This document shows positions 18,387-27,755 of a DNA stretch of 64,000 nucleotides, piece after piece. The notes below the pieces were generated by a model. That model saw only the letters and a list, made by a program, of their open reading frames with translations, had not been told where the DNA came from and searched no databases. Both the position numbers and the translations under genes were made by a program. Origin of the DNA: an uncultured Ignavibacteria bacterium (GTDB lineage Bacteria > Zixibacteria > MSB-5A5 > CAIYYT01). The DNA lies in assembly GCA_964584025.1 (NCBI GenBank), contig CAZOYE010000001.1:138401-202400 (forward strand), given 5' to 3'. Position 1 is the first letter of the stretch. Each line of letters begins with the position of its first letter.

Positions 18387-19412
18387 TCAAACCTGATTGC
18401 GGAATTTCTTTACCGTCTGGATCATCGCCTCGACGGAAGAGAGCGGCGTTTCGGGCAGGATCCCGTGGCCAAGATTGAAGATGAAGTTATTATGACGGCT
18501 GAGACTGTCGAGGATTTCCTGGGTACGTGACTTGACAACATCCGGCTTATCGAATAACACCGTCGGATCGAGATTGCCCTGCACCGATTTGCCGTTGAGG
18601 GCGCTCGCGGCCGTCGCCAGCGCGATACGATAGTCGACGCCGATGACTTCGCAATCGATCGCTTTGATGATGTCGAGATACGGCGCCACGTTGTTGACGA
18701 AGAGGATTCGCGGTACGTTGTGTTTCTTCACGGCGGCGAAGATTCTCTGATTCGGCTGCGCCGACCACTGGCGGTAATCCTCGTGGGAAAGAATTCCGCC
18801 CCAACTGTCAAACAGCTGCACAGCGTCGGCGCCGGCATTGATCTGCTCTGAAAGGTAGTCCGCTACCGAGTCGGCCAGCAAATCAATCAGTTGTCGGGCC
18901 GCATCGGGATAGCGATGGATGAATTGTTTGGCTTTGTCGAACGTCTTCGAGCCTTTGCCCTCGACCAGGTAACAAAACAACGTAAACGGCGAGCCGGCAA
19001 AGCCGATCAGCGGCGTTTGGGGTAAACGCTGCTTGATTTCGTCGATCCCCGCCAGCACAAACGACAGATCACGCTGTACGTCGCAACGATGCACCCGGCC
19101 GACGTCCTCTGGCGTGCGTATCGGCTGAGCAATCAGCGGCCCGCCCTCCGGAAAGCTGACCTGAACGCCCATCGGTTCCAACAACGTCAGGATATCCGAG
19201 AATAAGATGGCCGCATCGAGATTGAACCGCTCCACCGGTTGCCGAACGACTTCAGCTATCAGTCGCGGCGAACGGCACAGTTCCTGAAACGAGACCTTGC
19301 TGCGCACCTCCTGGTACTCCGGGAGATAACGGCCGGCCTGACGCATGATCCAGATCGGAAGCGGCCCGTCGTTCTGGCCGTAACAAGCGCGGATAAACGG
19401 GCTGTCTTTCAC
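18387..19412 (-). CDS. hemE: Uroporphyrinogen decarboxylase
   Basis: ORF track 18387..19505, trimmed to GTG 19412, which overlaps the hemL stop as GTGA. The sequence reads VKDSPFIRACYGQNDGPLPIWIMRQAGRYLPEYQEVR. Confidence 0.9.
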   Translation of the reverse strand: MKDSPFIRACYGQNDGPLPIWIMRQAGRYLPEYQEVRSKVSFQELCRSPRLIAEVVRQPVERFNLDAAILFSDILTLLEPMGVQVSFPEGGPLIAQPIRTPEDVGRVHRCDVQRDLSFVLAGIDEIKQRLPQTPLIGFAGSPFTLFCYLVEGKGSKTFDKAKQFIHRYPDAARQLIDLLADSVADYLSEQINAGADAVQLFDSWGGILSHEDYRQWSAQPNQRIFAAVKKHNVPRILFVNNVAPYLDIIKAIDCEVIGVDYRIALATAASALNGKSVQGNLDPTVLFDKPDVVKSRTQEILDSLSRHNNFIFNLGHGILPETPLSSVEAMIQTVKKFRNQV

Positions 19413-20725
19413 GCCCACGTATGCGCCTCGCTCTGGATCGCCTGACCCAGGACATTCGCTGCCTGCATGAGGAGTTCTTCGGTGTGCGCCGCAGAGAGGA
19501 AGCAAACCTCATAGCCCGAAGGCGGCATGTAGATGCCCTGCAGGAGTATCTTGTTGTGCAGTCGATTGTAGTGGCTGATGCCGTCGGTCGAAATCGCGTG
19601 TGCCGCGCGCGGCAACTCCGGCTGGAACACAATCCAGTAGATCGAGCCGACGCCGCCGACCGTTACCTGGCTGTCGCGGAAATACGAGGTCAGTTGGCCG
19701 ACGAACTTGCGATTCAGGCTTTCCAAACGCTCGTGAATCTTGCCGTCCGCAAGTTTCTTGAGCGTTGTCAATCCCGCCGACATCGCGACCGGATTGCCAG
19801 ACAGCGTACCGGCTTGATAGACCGGTCCCAGCGGCGAGAGCTTTTCCATAATCTCCGCGCGGCCGCCGAAGGCACCCACTGGCATGCCGCCGCCGATAAT
19901 CTTTCCGTACGTTATCAAGTCGGGGCGAATTCCATAGTAAGCCGCCGCACCGCCCATGCCGATGCGGAACCCGGTAATCACTTCGTCGAAGATCAACAGC
20001 GCACCGTGCTTTTCGGTCAGAGCGCGCAGCAGGCGCACATAATCGTGTCTTTGAATGAGCAGCCCGTTATTTGCGGGAATCCCCTCGATGATCACCGCCG
20101 CCAATTCATCGCCATGCTTTTTGAAGAACTCCTGCAGCGAATCTTCATCATCCAGGGGCAGCACCGCTGTCTTGCTCGTTATCGCTTCCGGTACCCCGGC
20201 TGACGACGGCTCGCCAAACGTCACCAGCCCGGAGCCAGCCTTCACGAGCAAATGGTCGCTGTGGCCGTGGTAGCAGCCTTCGAATTTTAAGATCAGGTCG
20301 CGGCCGGTGAACCCGCGCGCGACGCGAATCGCCGACATCACCGCCTCGGTTCCGGACGAGACAAAGCGAATCTTCTCCACGGCCTCGACCGTCTTGACGA
20401 TGAATGACGCCAGTTCATATTCCAGCTCCGTCGAGGCGCCAAAGGTCATTCCTTTTTCGACCTGCGCTTTGACGGCAGCGACGATATCGGGATCGCCGTG
20501 TCCGAGAATCAGCGGTCCCCACGAATTGCAGAAGTCGAGGTACTTGTTGCCGTCGACGTCGTAGAGGAAAGCGCCTTCACCTTTGGCGATGAAGCGCGGT
20601 GTTCCGCCCACCGATCGAAACGCTCGCACCGGCGAGTTGACGCCGCCCGGAATCACTTCCGAAGAGAGCTCCATCAGGCGGCGCGATTTCTGGTGGTCGA
20701 AAACGACCTTAGAGATGCCAGCCAT
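19409..20725 (-). CDS. hemL: Glutamate-1-semialdehyde 2,1-aminomutase
   Basis: ORF track. It reads VIPGGVNSPVRAFRSVGG, with class-III aminotransferase motifs and the PLP-lysine region LITYGKIIGGGMPVGAFGG. Confidence 0.9.
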   Translation of the reverse strand: MAGISKVVFDHQKSRRLMELSSEVIPGGVNSPVRAFRSVGGTPRFIAKGEGAFLYDVDGNKYLDFCNSWGPLILGHGDPDIVAAVKAQVEKGMTFGASTELEYELASFIVKTVEAVEKIRFVSSGTEAVMSAIRVARGFTGRDLILKFEGCYHGHSDHLLVKAGSGLVTFGEPSSAGVPEAITSKTAVLPLDDEDSLQEFFKKHGDELAAVIIEGIPANNGLLIQRHDYVRLLRALTEKHGALLIFDEVITGFRIGMGGAAAYYGIRPDLITYGKIIGGGMPVGAFGGRAEIMEKLSPLGPVYQAGTLSGNPVAMSAGLTTLKKLADGKIHERLESLNRKFVGQLTSYFRDSQVTVGGVGSIYWIVFQPELPRAAHAISTDGISHYNRLHNKILLQGIYMPPSGYEVCFLSAAHTEELLMQAANVLGQAIQSEAHTWA

Positions 20726-21686
20726 TCTTGAGAATGTCCCTGAGATGATAGGTAAGAATTATCGAGGCACCGGCGCGTGTGATCGCCGTGAGATTTTCAA
20801 GCGTCATCGTCTTTTCGTCCGCCATTCCGGCCTGCGCCAGGAGCTTCACTGCCGTGTATTCGCCGGAAACGTTGTAGGCGGCGATTGGCAAACTCGAGTT
20901 CTCCGCGAAATCCGAAATGATGTCCAGGTAGGCCAGCGCCGGTTTGACCATCACGATGTCCGCGCCTTCGGATTCGTCAAACTCCAGTTCTCGCAGCGCC
21001 TCGCGGCGATTGCGAAAATCCATCTGGTAACCCTTGCGGTCACCTTTGCCGGGCGCCGAGTGCGCCGCTTCGCGGAAGGGGCCGTAGTAAGCCGAAGCGT
21101 ATTTCGCCGAGTAAGCCAAAATCAGCGTCTGACTCAGACCTTCCTTCTCGAGCGCCAGGCGAATCGAGGCGATCCGCCCATCCATCATGTCGGACGGCCC
21201 GACGCAATCGCAGCCCGCCTTGGCGAGCGCGACCGCCATTCGCGACAAGACGGCAACCGACTTGTCATTTTCGATTTCGCCGTCGATCGTCAGTCCGCAG
21301 TGGCCGGTGTCGGTATAGGCGCAGAGGCAGACATCGGCGCTCACGAAGAGCGACTCGCCGAATTTCTGCTTCAAGTCCTTGCAGGCCCTGATAACCGGGT
21401 TCTTGTCGTCCCAGGCGGTTGAAGCGAGTTGGTCCTTGCGCTCCGTGACGCCGAACAACATGACTTTATTGACGCCGATCTTGGTGTCGATCGTGATCGT
21501 GTCGATCAACTGGTCGACTGATTCGCGGAAGATCCCCGGCATGCCGTTGATCTCTTCGCGGACACCGCTGCCGTCGGTTACGAAATACGGTTGAATCAGC
21601 CCCTTGATATCCAGGCGCGTCTCAGAAGCCAAATCGCGGATGACGGCGTTGCGCCGCAACCGGCGCGGGCGAAAGGCGCGCTCCAC
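20709..21686 (-). CDS. hemB: Porphobilinogen synthase (delta-aminolevulinate dehydratase)
   Basis: This is the C-terminal 325 codons of ORF 20709..22175. The start is set at GTG 21686 (VERAFRPRRLRRNAVIRDLASETRLDIKGLIQPYFV), 1 nt after the hemD stop. The upstream part of that ORF is out-of-frame overlap with hemD. Motifs are MVKPALAYLDII and YNVSGEY. Confidence 0.9.
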   Translation of the reverse strand: MERAFRPRRLRRNAVIRDLASETRLDIKGLIQPYFVTDGSGVREEINGMPGIFRESVDQLIDTITIDTKIGVNKVMLFGVTERKDQLASTAWDDKNPVIRACKDLKQKFGESLFVSADVCLCAYTDTGHCGLTIDGEIENDKSVAVLSRMAVALAKAGCDCVGPSDMMDGRIASIRLALEKEGLSQTLILAYSAKYASAYYGPFREAAHSAPGKGDRKGYQMDFRNRREALRELEFDESEGADIVMVKPALAYLDIISDFAENSSLPIAAYNVSGEYTAVKLLAQAGMADEKTMTLENLTAITRAGASIILTYHLRDILKNGWHL

Positions 21687-21687
21687 T

Positions 21688-22386
21688 CTACAAATACTCC
21701 AGGACCGTGTTGACGTCCGCCTGTTTGAGCACGACGATATTGCGCCAGCGGTGACGCTCCATCTCGGCAGCGGTCGTGTTGCCGATCGCCAGCAGTTTCG
21801 CCTGCGGACTGCCGAATTGGCGCTGATAGGCGCGCACCATCGAGGGGGCAGTGAATAGAATCGCGTCGTTGCGCTTGATCCGGGCCATGACCTGCGGATC
21901 GATGCTCCGCTCCACCGATTCGTAACACGGCACCGAGTAATACTTGTAACCGCGCCCGAAAAACAGCGGCGCCGGATCGTATTCGACGTCGCGCGCGCGC
22001 GCGTACATGACAACTTGCTTATTGTCGGGGTAGTGCTGAATGAACTCGGTAAACAATGTCTGCCCGTAAGAATCTGACGGCTGGAACGAGGCTTCCTTCT
22101 CCCACTTGCGCAGCGAGCTGTCGGTGCGAGCGCCGACGACGGCAAAACGCGTTTTGTCGGAAAGCTCCAGATCAAGTTCGCTCAGCCGCAGGAAGAACGA
22201 GGCGACCCCTTGCGCGCTCGTAAAGAACATCCAATCGATATCCTTGATCTCCAGCCCACGCGGCCAGTCAAACTGCAGCGGCACGATTTCCATTAGCGGC
22301 AAGGGCACGACTTCGATATTTCGTTCGGCGGCCTTTTGCGTCAATTCGGTCAACTGGCGCGCCGGTCGGGTGACGACAACTCTCAT
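21688..22386 (-). CDS. hemD: Uroporphyrinogen-III synthase
   Basis: ORF track. It reads MRVVVTRPARQLTELTQKAAERNIEVVPLPLMEIVPL...WMFFTSAQGV...ILFTAPSMV. The size, the position between hemC and hemB, and the 4-nt overlap with the hemC stop all fit. Confidence 0.75.
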   Translation of the reverse strand: MRVVVTRPARQLTELTQKAAERNIEVVPLPLMEIVPLQFDWPRGLEIKDIDWMFFTSAQGVASFFLRLSELDLELSDKTRFAVVGARTDSSLRKWEKEASFQPSDSYGQTLFTEFIQHYPDNKQVVMYARARDVEYDPAPLFFGRGYKYYSVPCYESVERSIDPQVMARIKRNDAILFTAPSMVRAYQRQFGSPQAKLLAIGNTTAAEMERHRWRNIVVLKQADVNTVLEYL

Positions 22387-23297
22387 TGTGCCCCCCGCTG
22401 CAACATCAAGAACGCCTCTTCGATCAGGCTCGCGATATTGGCTCCCTTGACCTCGGCCCGCGCCAGACCATTCCAGCGCCCCTCAACCTGCTGTCCCAAT
22501 ATAGCCTTCAAATGGTATTCCCCGTTTCTCCTGTCAGACCATACCCCGAGCGGCAATGAACAGCCGGAATCGAACATCTTCAATAATCCGCGCTCTAACT
22601 CTGCCTGAAGCATTTCGTCCTTGGATCCAAGTTTTGCTACGATGTTTTCCACGCGCGGGTCGCGGTCGCGAATTTGTATCCCCAAAATGCCCTGGGCCGG
22701 AGCCGGCAGAAAAACCTGCGGATCAAGCTCGACAACTTCCAGATCAGACAAATCCAATTGCAGACGCTTCACCCCGGCGCACGCCAGGAGGATCGCGTCG
22801 TATTGACCTTCACGTAACTTACGGACTCGCGTCGGTACGTTTCCGCGCAGATCCTTAATTTGCAACTTTGTCTGGTGGAAGGCAACCTGACATTTGCGTC
22901 TGGCCGAACTTGTGCCGATCACGCCGCCATCCCGGACGGGAAGAACACCGCTTCCAATTCGCGCTTCCTTGCGAATCAAGAGCATCTCCGCGCGGTCGGC
23001 GCGGTATCCGGCAGCCCCCAGCTTGAGGCCAGCCGGTTGGCTCGTCATTAGGTCTTTGAGCGAATGGACGGCCAGGTCGATTTCGTTCTTTAGCAACGAG
23101 TCTTCTAACTCCTTGGTAAAGAATCCCTTACCTTCCATCTTGTCGAACGAAACGTTGTCGATCTTGTCGCCGGCAGTGTGGATGATCTTGATTTCAACAT
23201 CGCAGCCGTGCTCGCGAATCAAGACGTCCTTGATGAAATTTGCCTGGTAGAGAGCGAGATCAGACCCCCGCGAGCCAATAATCAGTTTTTCAGTCAT
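22383..23297 (-). CDS. hemC: Hydroxymethylbilane synthase (porphobilinogen deaminase)
   Basis: ORF track. It reads LIIGSRGSDLALYQANFI...IIHTAGDK...GKGFFTKELE..LL..EIDLAVHSLKD...RGNVPTRVRKL. It overlaps the hemA stop by 4 nt. Confidence 0.9.
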   Translation of the reverse strand: MTEKLIIGSRGSDLALYQANFIKDVLIREHGCDVEIKIIHTAGDKIDNVSFDKMEGKGFFTKELEDSLLKNEIDLAVHSLKDLMTSQPAGLKLGAAGYRADRAEMLLIRKEARIGSGVLPVRDGGVIGTSSARRKCQVAFHQTKLQIKDLRGNVPTRVRKLREGQYDAILLACAGVKRLQLDLSDLEVVELDPQVFLPAPAQGILGIQIRDRDPRVENIVAKLGSKDEMLQAELERGLLKMFDSGCSLPLGVWSDRRNGEYHLKAILGQQVEGRWNGLARAEVKGANIASLIEEAFLMLQRGAQ

Positions 23298-24553
23298 ATC
23301 GCGTTTTTGCGGCGGCGGAGCTCTGAAAGGTCGATTTCGTCGGAGAGATTGGCCAGTTTGTCCGAAAGCACCTTGGCCGGCTGGTACGCGGAATTGGCAA
23401 TCAGCTTGGTCACGAGGCGATAAACTGCGTCCTTTTCTTCGTCATTGAGCGAGGTCACCTTCTTCGCGAAGAGATCGTCGAGGGCGCGCTTGGCTAATTG
23501 CATCGATTCCTGAAAACTATCAGTGAAGATCGGCTTGAGCGAAACCTCGATGCGGTCGGACATATAGACATTTACTGCCTCGCGCACGATTTCGTTGGCC
23601 TTTCCCGTCTCGATAAATTTCTGCCGCAGATTGCTCGAACATCGTGATCGCAGATAGGCGATGTCAACCAACCGTACTTTCTCAGAATCCCCGAAAGTGC
23701 TGGAAAAGTCTTTCGGGATCGCCAGGTCGATACATACCACCGGAGTCTTCTGCTCCGGCAGCCGCTCGAGAAAATTCTGGTCGAAGATCGCCTCGGTGGC
23801 AGCCGTGGCTGATACGATCGCATTAACCTGCGGCGGTTCGGCAGTGAATTCGTCGAGTGACATCGCTCTTCCGCCAAACTGCTCGACAAATCTCGTTGCC
23901 TTCTCAAGAGTCCGATTGACAAAGAGAATCTCGCCCCGTTTGTGGTCGATGATATAGCGCGCCAGCTTGATGGTCATTGTGCCGGCGCCAATCAGGGCAA
24001 TCAGCGAGCTTTCGTTGCAAGTGGAGGCCAGCTCATCTGCGGCCAGGGAAGCCATCGAGACCGAACCGCTGCCGACCGCCGTTTCGCGCTTGACCTTCTT
24101 GGCGACGACCAGCGCCTCTTCCGAAATATCCTTCAGCGCGACCCCCGCCAGACCGGTCGCCAGGGCTTCCATGTAAGCTTCCTTGTACTGCCCGGCAATC
24201 TGCGCCTCACCGACGACCAGCGATTCGAGCGAGGCGGTCGTGCGAAACAAGTGCGCAACTGCCTCTCTGCCTGTGTAATGATAGAAGTCGTTGGGGAAAA
24301 ACCCGAATCCCTGCTGTCCGCGGAAAAAGAAGTCGATCAATCGGTGCAGCAACTTCGAGCCGCCGAATCGTCCCGAGGAGACATAGACAAATTCGACGCG
24401 ATTGCACGTTGACAGGTAGATCAGTTCATCGAGCGATAAGTGATCTTTCAACCGCTTAAGCGTCTCCACGCGGCTGTCACGATCGATCGTCAGATGCTCA
24501 AGCAGCTTGACGTTTTGCTGCCAGATTGATGTCCCGATGATCCCAAATTCCAT
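23294..24553 (-). CDS. hemA: Glutamyl-tRNA reductase
   Basis: ORF track. Motifs are YLSTCNRVEFVY, LESLVVGEAQIAGQ and the NADPH-binding stretch ALIGAGTMTIKLARYI. It is the first gene of the operon. Confidence 0.9.
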   Translation of the reverse strand: MEFGIIGTSIWQQNVKLLEHLTIDRDSRVETLKRLKDHLSLDELIYLSTCNRVEFVYVSSGRFGGSKLLHRLIDFFFRGQQGFGFFPNDFYHYTGREAVAHLFRTTASLESLVVGEAQIAGQYKEAYMEALATGLAGVALKDISEEALVVAKKVKRETAVGSGSVSMASLAADELASTCNESSLIALIGAGTMTIKLARYIIDHKRGEILFVNRTLEKATRFVEQFGGRAMSLDEFTAEPPQVNAIVSATAATEAIFDQNFLERLPEQKTPVVCIDLAIPKDFSSTFGDSEKVRLVDIAYLRSRCSSNLRQKFIETGKANEIVREAVNVYMSDRIEVSLKPIFTDSFQESMQLAKRALDDLFAKKVTSLNDEEKDAVYRLVTKLIANSAYQPAKVLSDKLANLSDEIDLSELRRRKNAI

Positions 24554-24674
24554 ATCTACCTATACTCACCTAAGACTATCGTCTTTCGTTGGGCTGAAGT
24601 TAAAGAAAACTCGACTTCTATTGTCATATAAGTGTCACAGCTTGTGAAAAAAGTAACAAGACACACATTGTCTT

Positions 24675-24704
24675 TAATTAGCACTAACTAACGCAGATTG
24701 TCAA
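24675..24704 (-). promoter_or_regulatory. Candidate sigma-70-type promoter of the haem operon
   Basis: On the minus strand I read TTGACA (24704-24699), an 18-nt spacer, then TAATTA (24680-24675). It sits in an A+T-rich gap about 120 nt upstream of the hemA ATG. This is a motif match only. Confidence 0.3.
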
Positions 24705-24925
24705 GAAGACGTTGCGATCTGCCATTACTGCATTGTTACATAACATCTTACAACGGACTCTGTGCTTCGCGATCCAACTCTCGTGATTATTGCCTCAGGC
24801 ATTCCTCGCGGACTATTCCGACCATATTCGGTCGGTATGTTCCTGAGTTCACAAGATCATTGGAGCTGACTCAATTTCTTTTGTCGACTTGCCAATATGG
24901 AAGGCGGACGCCGGCCTGTGATCCA

Positions 24926-24959
24926 CCAAACCAGAAGCGGGAGTCTGCCGACTCCCGCT
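24926..24959 (-). terminator. Hairpin after the M28 peptidase gene (possible terminator)
   Basis: The stem agcgggagtc (24936-24945) / gactcccgct (24950-24959) has a 4-nt loop and lies 29 nt past the stop at 24988. The minus-strand tail UCUGGUUUGG is only moderately U-rich. Confidence 0.35.
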
Positions 24960-24987
24960 CTTGCCACACACTATCTTCTCTTCTCAA

Positions 24988-26898
24988 TCACGGACACGCG
25001 GCGCACGGCACAGCTCCGCCCCCAAAAATGTAATTGATCAAGTAGACAACATCGGAAATCGTCGTCACGCCCGTGCAGTCGACATCCCCGCGCTCGTCAG
25101 GATCAGGGGCCGGACCGCCGCCAAAGATGTAACTAATGATGAATACTGCGTCCGACACCGTAACGATCCCACTGGCGTCGGCATCCCCGCACAGAAAATC
25201 GGGGTCGGTAACGACTATCCACACGCTCTGCGTATCGGCGCTTGGCGGCAAGCCGGCGTCTAGGACCGCGATAGTGAAGTAGAAGGTAGCCTTGTAGCTC
25301 GGTGTGCCAGCCAGGATTCCCGCCGGGCTCTGAAACTCGCAGCCAAACGGCAGGTCACCGCCAAAGAACGACCAGCTAAACGGCCCGGTCCCACCGACAC
25401 ACTCAAACTGGTAATTGTAAGGTTCGCCGAAGTACGCATCCGGAAGCCGGGTCGCTGTCACATGTACCTTGCCGTCGCAGAAATCACCGATCCCGTCGCC
25501 GTTTTCATCCTCCTGGCCGGGATTCGGGTAGTCCGGGCAGTTATCGCAGGCGCTGCCGATCAAATCACCGTCAGGATCTTCTTGCGCCGGATTGGGGTTA
25601 AACACGCAGTTATCCTGCGTATTGAGCACCCCGTCGTTGTCGAAATCGCCGCCGTTCGCCACCGCATAAACCATGGCCAGCGAAGCACGCACCATCCGGT
25701 TCATGTATTCAAAATTCATGTAGCTGGTGCTGTCCTGCGGGCTGTGATAGACGTACGAGAAGATGTCCTCGATGATGAACAGCGCATCGTAACCATTCTG
25801 CGTGAACGGATAGTGGTCAGACCCCGAGCTGTTGCCGCTCAAGTAGCCGGTGATACCAAAGCTGGCCTGAGCGATGTTGGACCACCATTGCGCATAGAAC
25901 GGATCTGTGCCGTGATACACCGTTGCGGCATTGGAGTTGTACAGGAATGCGATCATGTCCATGTTGTGCATGACAAGTATCTGATCGCCCCGCGCCGCAG
26001 CACCATTGGCGTAGTGATATGATCCGTAGAGTCCAAATTCTTCAGCATCAAACGTAATGAACTTGAAAGTCACTTCGGTCGGCGTGTCGGCTAACGCCCG
26101 CGCCATTTCGAGCACGCCGGCCGTGCCGGAACCGTTGTCATCCGCCGCCGGTGAATTGTAGACGCCGTCATGATGCGCCCCTACGATAATCTCCAGGTCC
26201 GGATACGTCGTTCCGACCTTGACGCAAACGACATTGTAGCAGTTGTTCGTCTGGCCGTTGAAATACTGCTGCCAGCCGTCGAGATAAACGGAGTCGTAGC
26301 CAAAAGACTCAAACTTAGCTTTTATCCAGTCGCGCGCCAGGTAGATACTCGGCGTTCCGGCCAGCCGGCGATAGTAGCTCTGCAGCTTAGCGACGTACGA
26401 GTAGAGCGAGTCCTGCGAAATCGTCCCCAGCAACGATTCCAGAGCCGCAGAACTTGGCTGTGTTCTCGGAGCTGCCGTGCGCGCTTCGCGATAAGTAATC
26501 CGCAGCGTCGGCGGCAAAGCCATCAGAGAGGGAGTGAACTCGCTGCCCGGGTCGTAGCCTCCGGGCACAAAGAACAAACGCAAACCGCCTTCCTGAAACA
26601 CCAACTCGAACCGTGAGACGTTCTCATCGGTGGTGCGCAAATCGAGGGCGAGCTCTTCGCGGTTGACGTCGGTGAAAATCTTGACAGACTTCAATCCGGA
26701 ATCGATTAATTGCAAGGCCTGCTCCTGATCGACCAAAACCAGATAGCCGTCGCTGCTCTTGACGACGGCATCGAGTTTGAGTGATTGCAGTACTCGAGCG
26801 GCCCCAGCATCGCTGATCGTAACCTTATACAAATCAGCACCTTGCAAGACACAGGCTGTGAGGACGATTATAGCAGAAAGAAGTAGCAAACGTCTCAT
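24988..26898 (-). CDS. Secreted M28-family aminopeptidase with TSP3-like repeats and C-terminal twin dockerin-like module
   Basis: ORF track 24988..26979, trimmed to ATG 26898 (MRRLLLLSAIIVLTACVLQG). M28 zinc-site motifs are VGAHHDGV...ADDNGSGTAGVLEMARAL, FITFDAEEFGLYGS and GSDHYPF. Then come DNCVFNPNPAQEDPDGDLIGSACDNCPDYPNPGQEDENGDGIGDFCD and the tag. Confidence 0.85.
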   Translation of the reverse strand: MRRLLLLSAIIVLTACVLQGADLYKVTISDAGAARVLQSLKLDAVVKSSDGYLVLVDQEQALQLIDSGLKSVKIFTDVNREELALDLRTTDENVSRFELVFQEGGLRLFFVPGGYDPGSEFTPSLMALPPTLRITYREARTAAPRTQPSSAALESLLGTISQDSLYSYVAKLQSYYRRLAGTPSIYLARDWIKAKFESFGYDSVYLDGWQQYFNGQTNNCYNVVCVKVGTTYPDLEIIVGAHHDGVYNSPAADDNGSGTAGVLEMARALADTPTEVTFKFITFDAEEFGLYGSYHYANGAAARGDQILVMHNMDMIAFLYNSNAATVYHGTDPFYAQWWSNIAQASFGITGYLSGNSSGSDHYPFTQNGYDALFIIEDIFSYVYHSPQDSTSYMNFEYMNRMVRASLAMVYAVANGGDFDNDGVLNTQDNCVFNPNPAQEDPDGDLIGSACDNCPDYPNPGQEDENGDGIGDFCDGKVHVTATRLPDAYFGEPYNYQFECVGGTGPFSWSFFGGDLPFGCEFQSPAGILAGTPSYKATFYFTIAVLDAGLPPSADTQSVWIVVTDPDFLCGDADASGIVTVSDAVFIISYIFGGGPAPDPDERGDVDCTGVTTISDVVYLINYIFGGGAVPCAACP

Positions 26899-27173
26899 GG
26901 CAGACGACTCCGTGTTAAAGAACACCCCCTCCGAAGTATCATCGACAATATACGCCATGACGCATTTTTGTAAAGACACATTGTCGATATTGGAGTCCTG
27001 GCTCCACTACGTCGCGGAATGGAAATGTTCTCAGCCGCAGCGGTCTTCGCGGCCGCATCGAACCTCGCATTGCAGCCATGACGGCTGGAATTTCCTGTTG
27101 CATCCCTTTGTTGATTTCATATTTTCCCGCGTTACCGTGCTGAGGTCGACGACTTTAGACAAAGGAGTTTGAG

Positions 27174-27734
27174 TTGAACTTCGTACCGACAAAGATTTTC
27201 TTAACCAAGGGTGTGGGCCATCATAAAGAGAAGCTCGCCTCATTCGAGTTGGCGCTGCGGGACGCCGGAATCGCCTACCTCAACCTCGTCAACGTTTCGT
27301 CGATTTTTCCACCGCACTGCAAATTGATTACGCGCCGCGAGGGACTCAAGTATTTCGAGCCCGGCCAGATCGCCTTCTGCGTTATGAGCCGCGATGCCAC
27401 CAACGAGCCAAACCGTCTCGTTTCCGCTTCGATCGGCTTGGCGATGCCGAAGGATAAATCCAAGTTCGGCTATCTCTCCGAACATCATGGCTTTGGCCAA
27501 ACCCAGAAATTCTCCGGCGACTATGCGGAAGACCTCGCCGTCCAGATGTTGGCCACCACGATGGGTCTCGAAATCGACCTCGACAAATCGTGGGACCAGA
27601 ACAAAGAGCAGTGGAAACTCAAAGGCGAAGTAGTTTACTCGCGTAACATCACGCAATCAGCCGAAGGCGACAAGAACGGTCTCTGGACGACCGTCATCAC
27701 CGCCGCCATGCTGATTCTCGACAACGACGAATAA
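27174..27734 (+). CDS. pdaD: Pyruvoyl-dependent arginine decarboxylase
   Basis: ORF track; TTG start with AAGGAG 7 nt upstream. The sequence [45 protein letters not shown] is the typical PdaD N-terminus, including the SS self-cleavage region. Confidence 0.85.
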   Translation: MNFVPTKIFLTKGVGHHKEKLASFELALRDAGIAYLNLVNVSSIFPPHCKLITRREGLKYFEPGQIAFCVMSRDATNEPNRLVSASIGLAMPKDKSKFGYLSEHHGFGQTQKFSGDYAEDLAVQMLATTMGLEIDLDKSWDQNKEQWKLKGEVVYSRNITQSAEGDKNGLWTTVITAAMLILDNDE

Positions 27735-27755
27735 CCATCTGAAGACGGGACGGCC

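Noticed and set aside
20709-22175. A 488-aa ORF that would suggest a large fusion protein upstream of HemB.
   Set aside because: Its first ~160 codons are an alternative frame of hemD with no sensible sequence. HemB homology begins at VERAFRPRRLRRN, so I trimmed the gene to GTG 21686.
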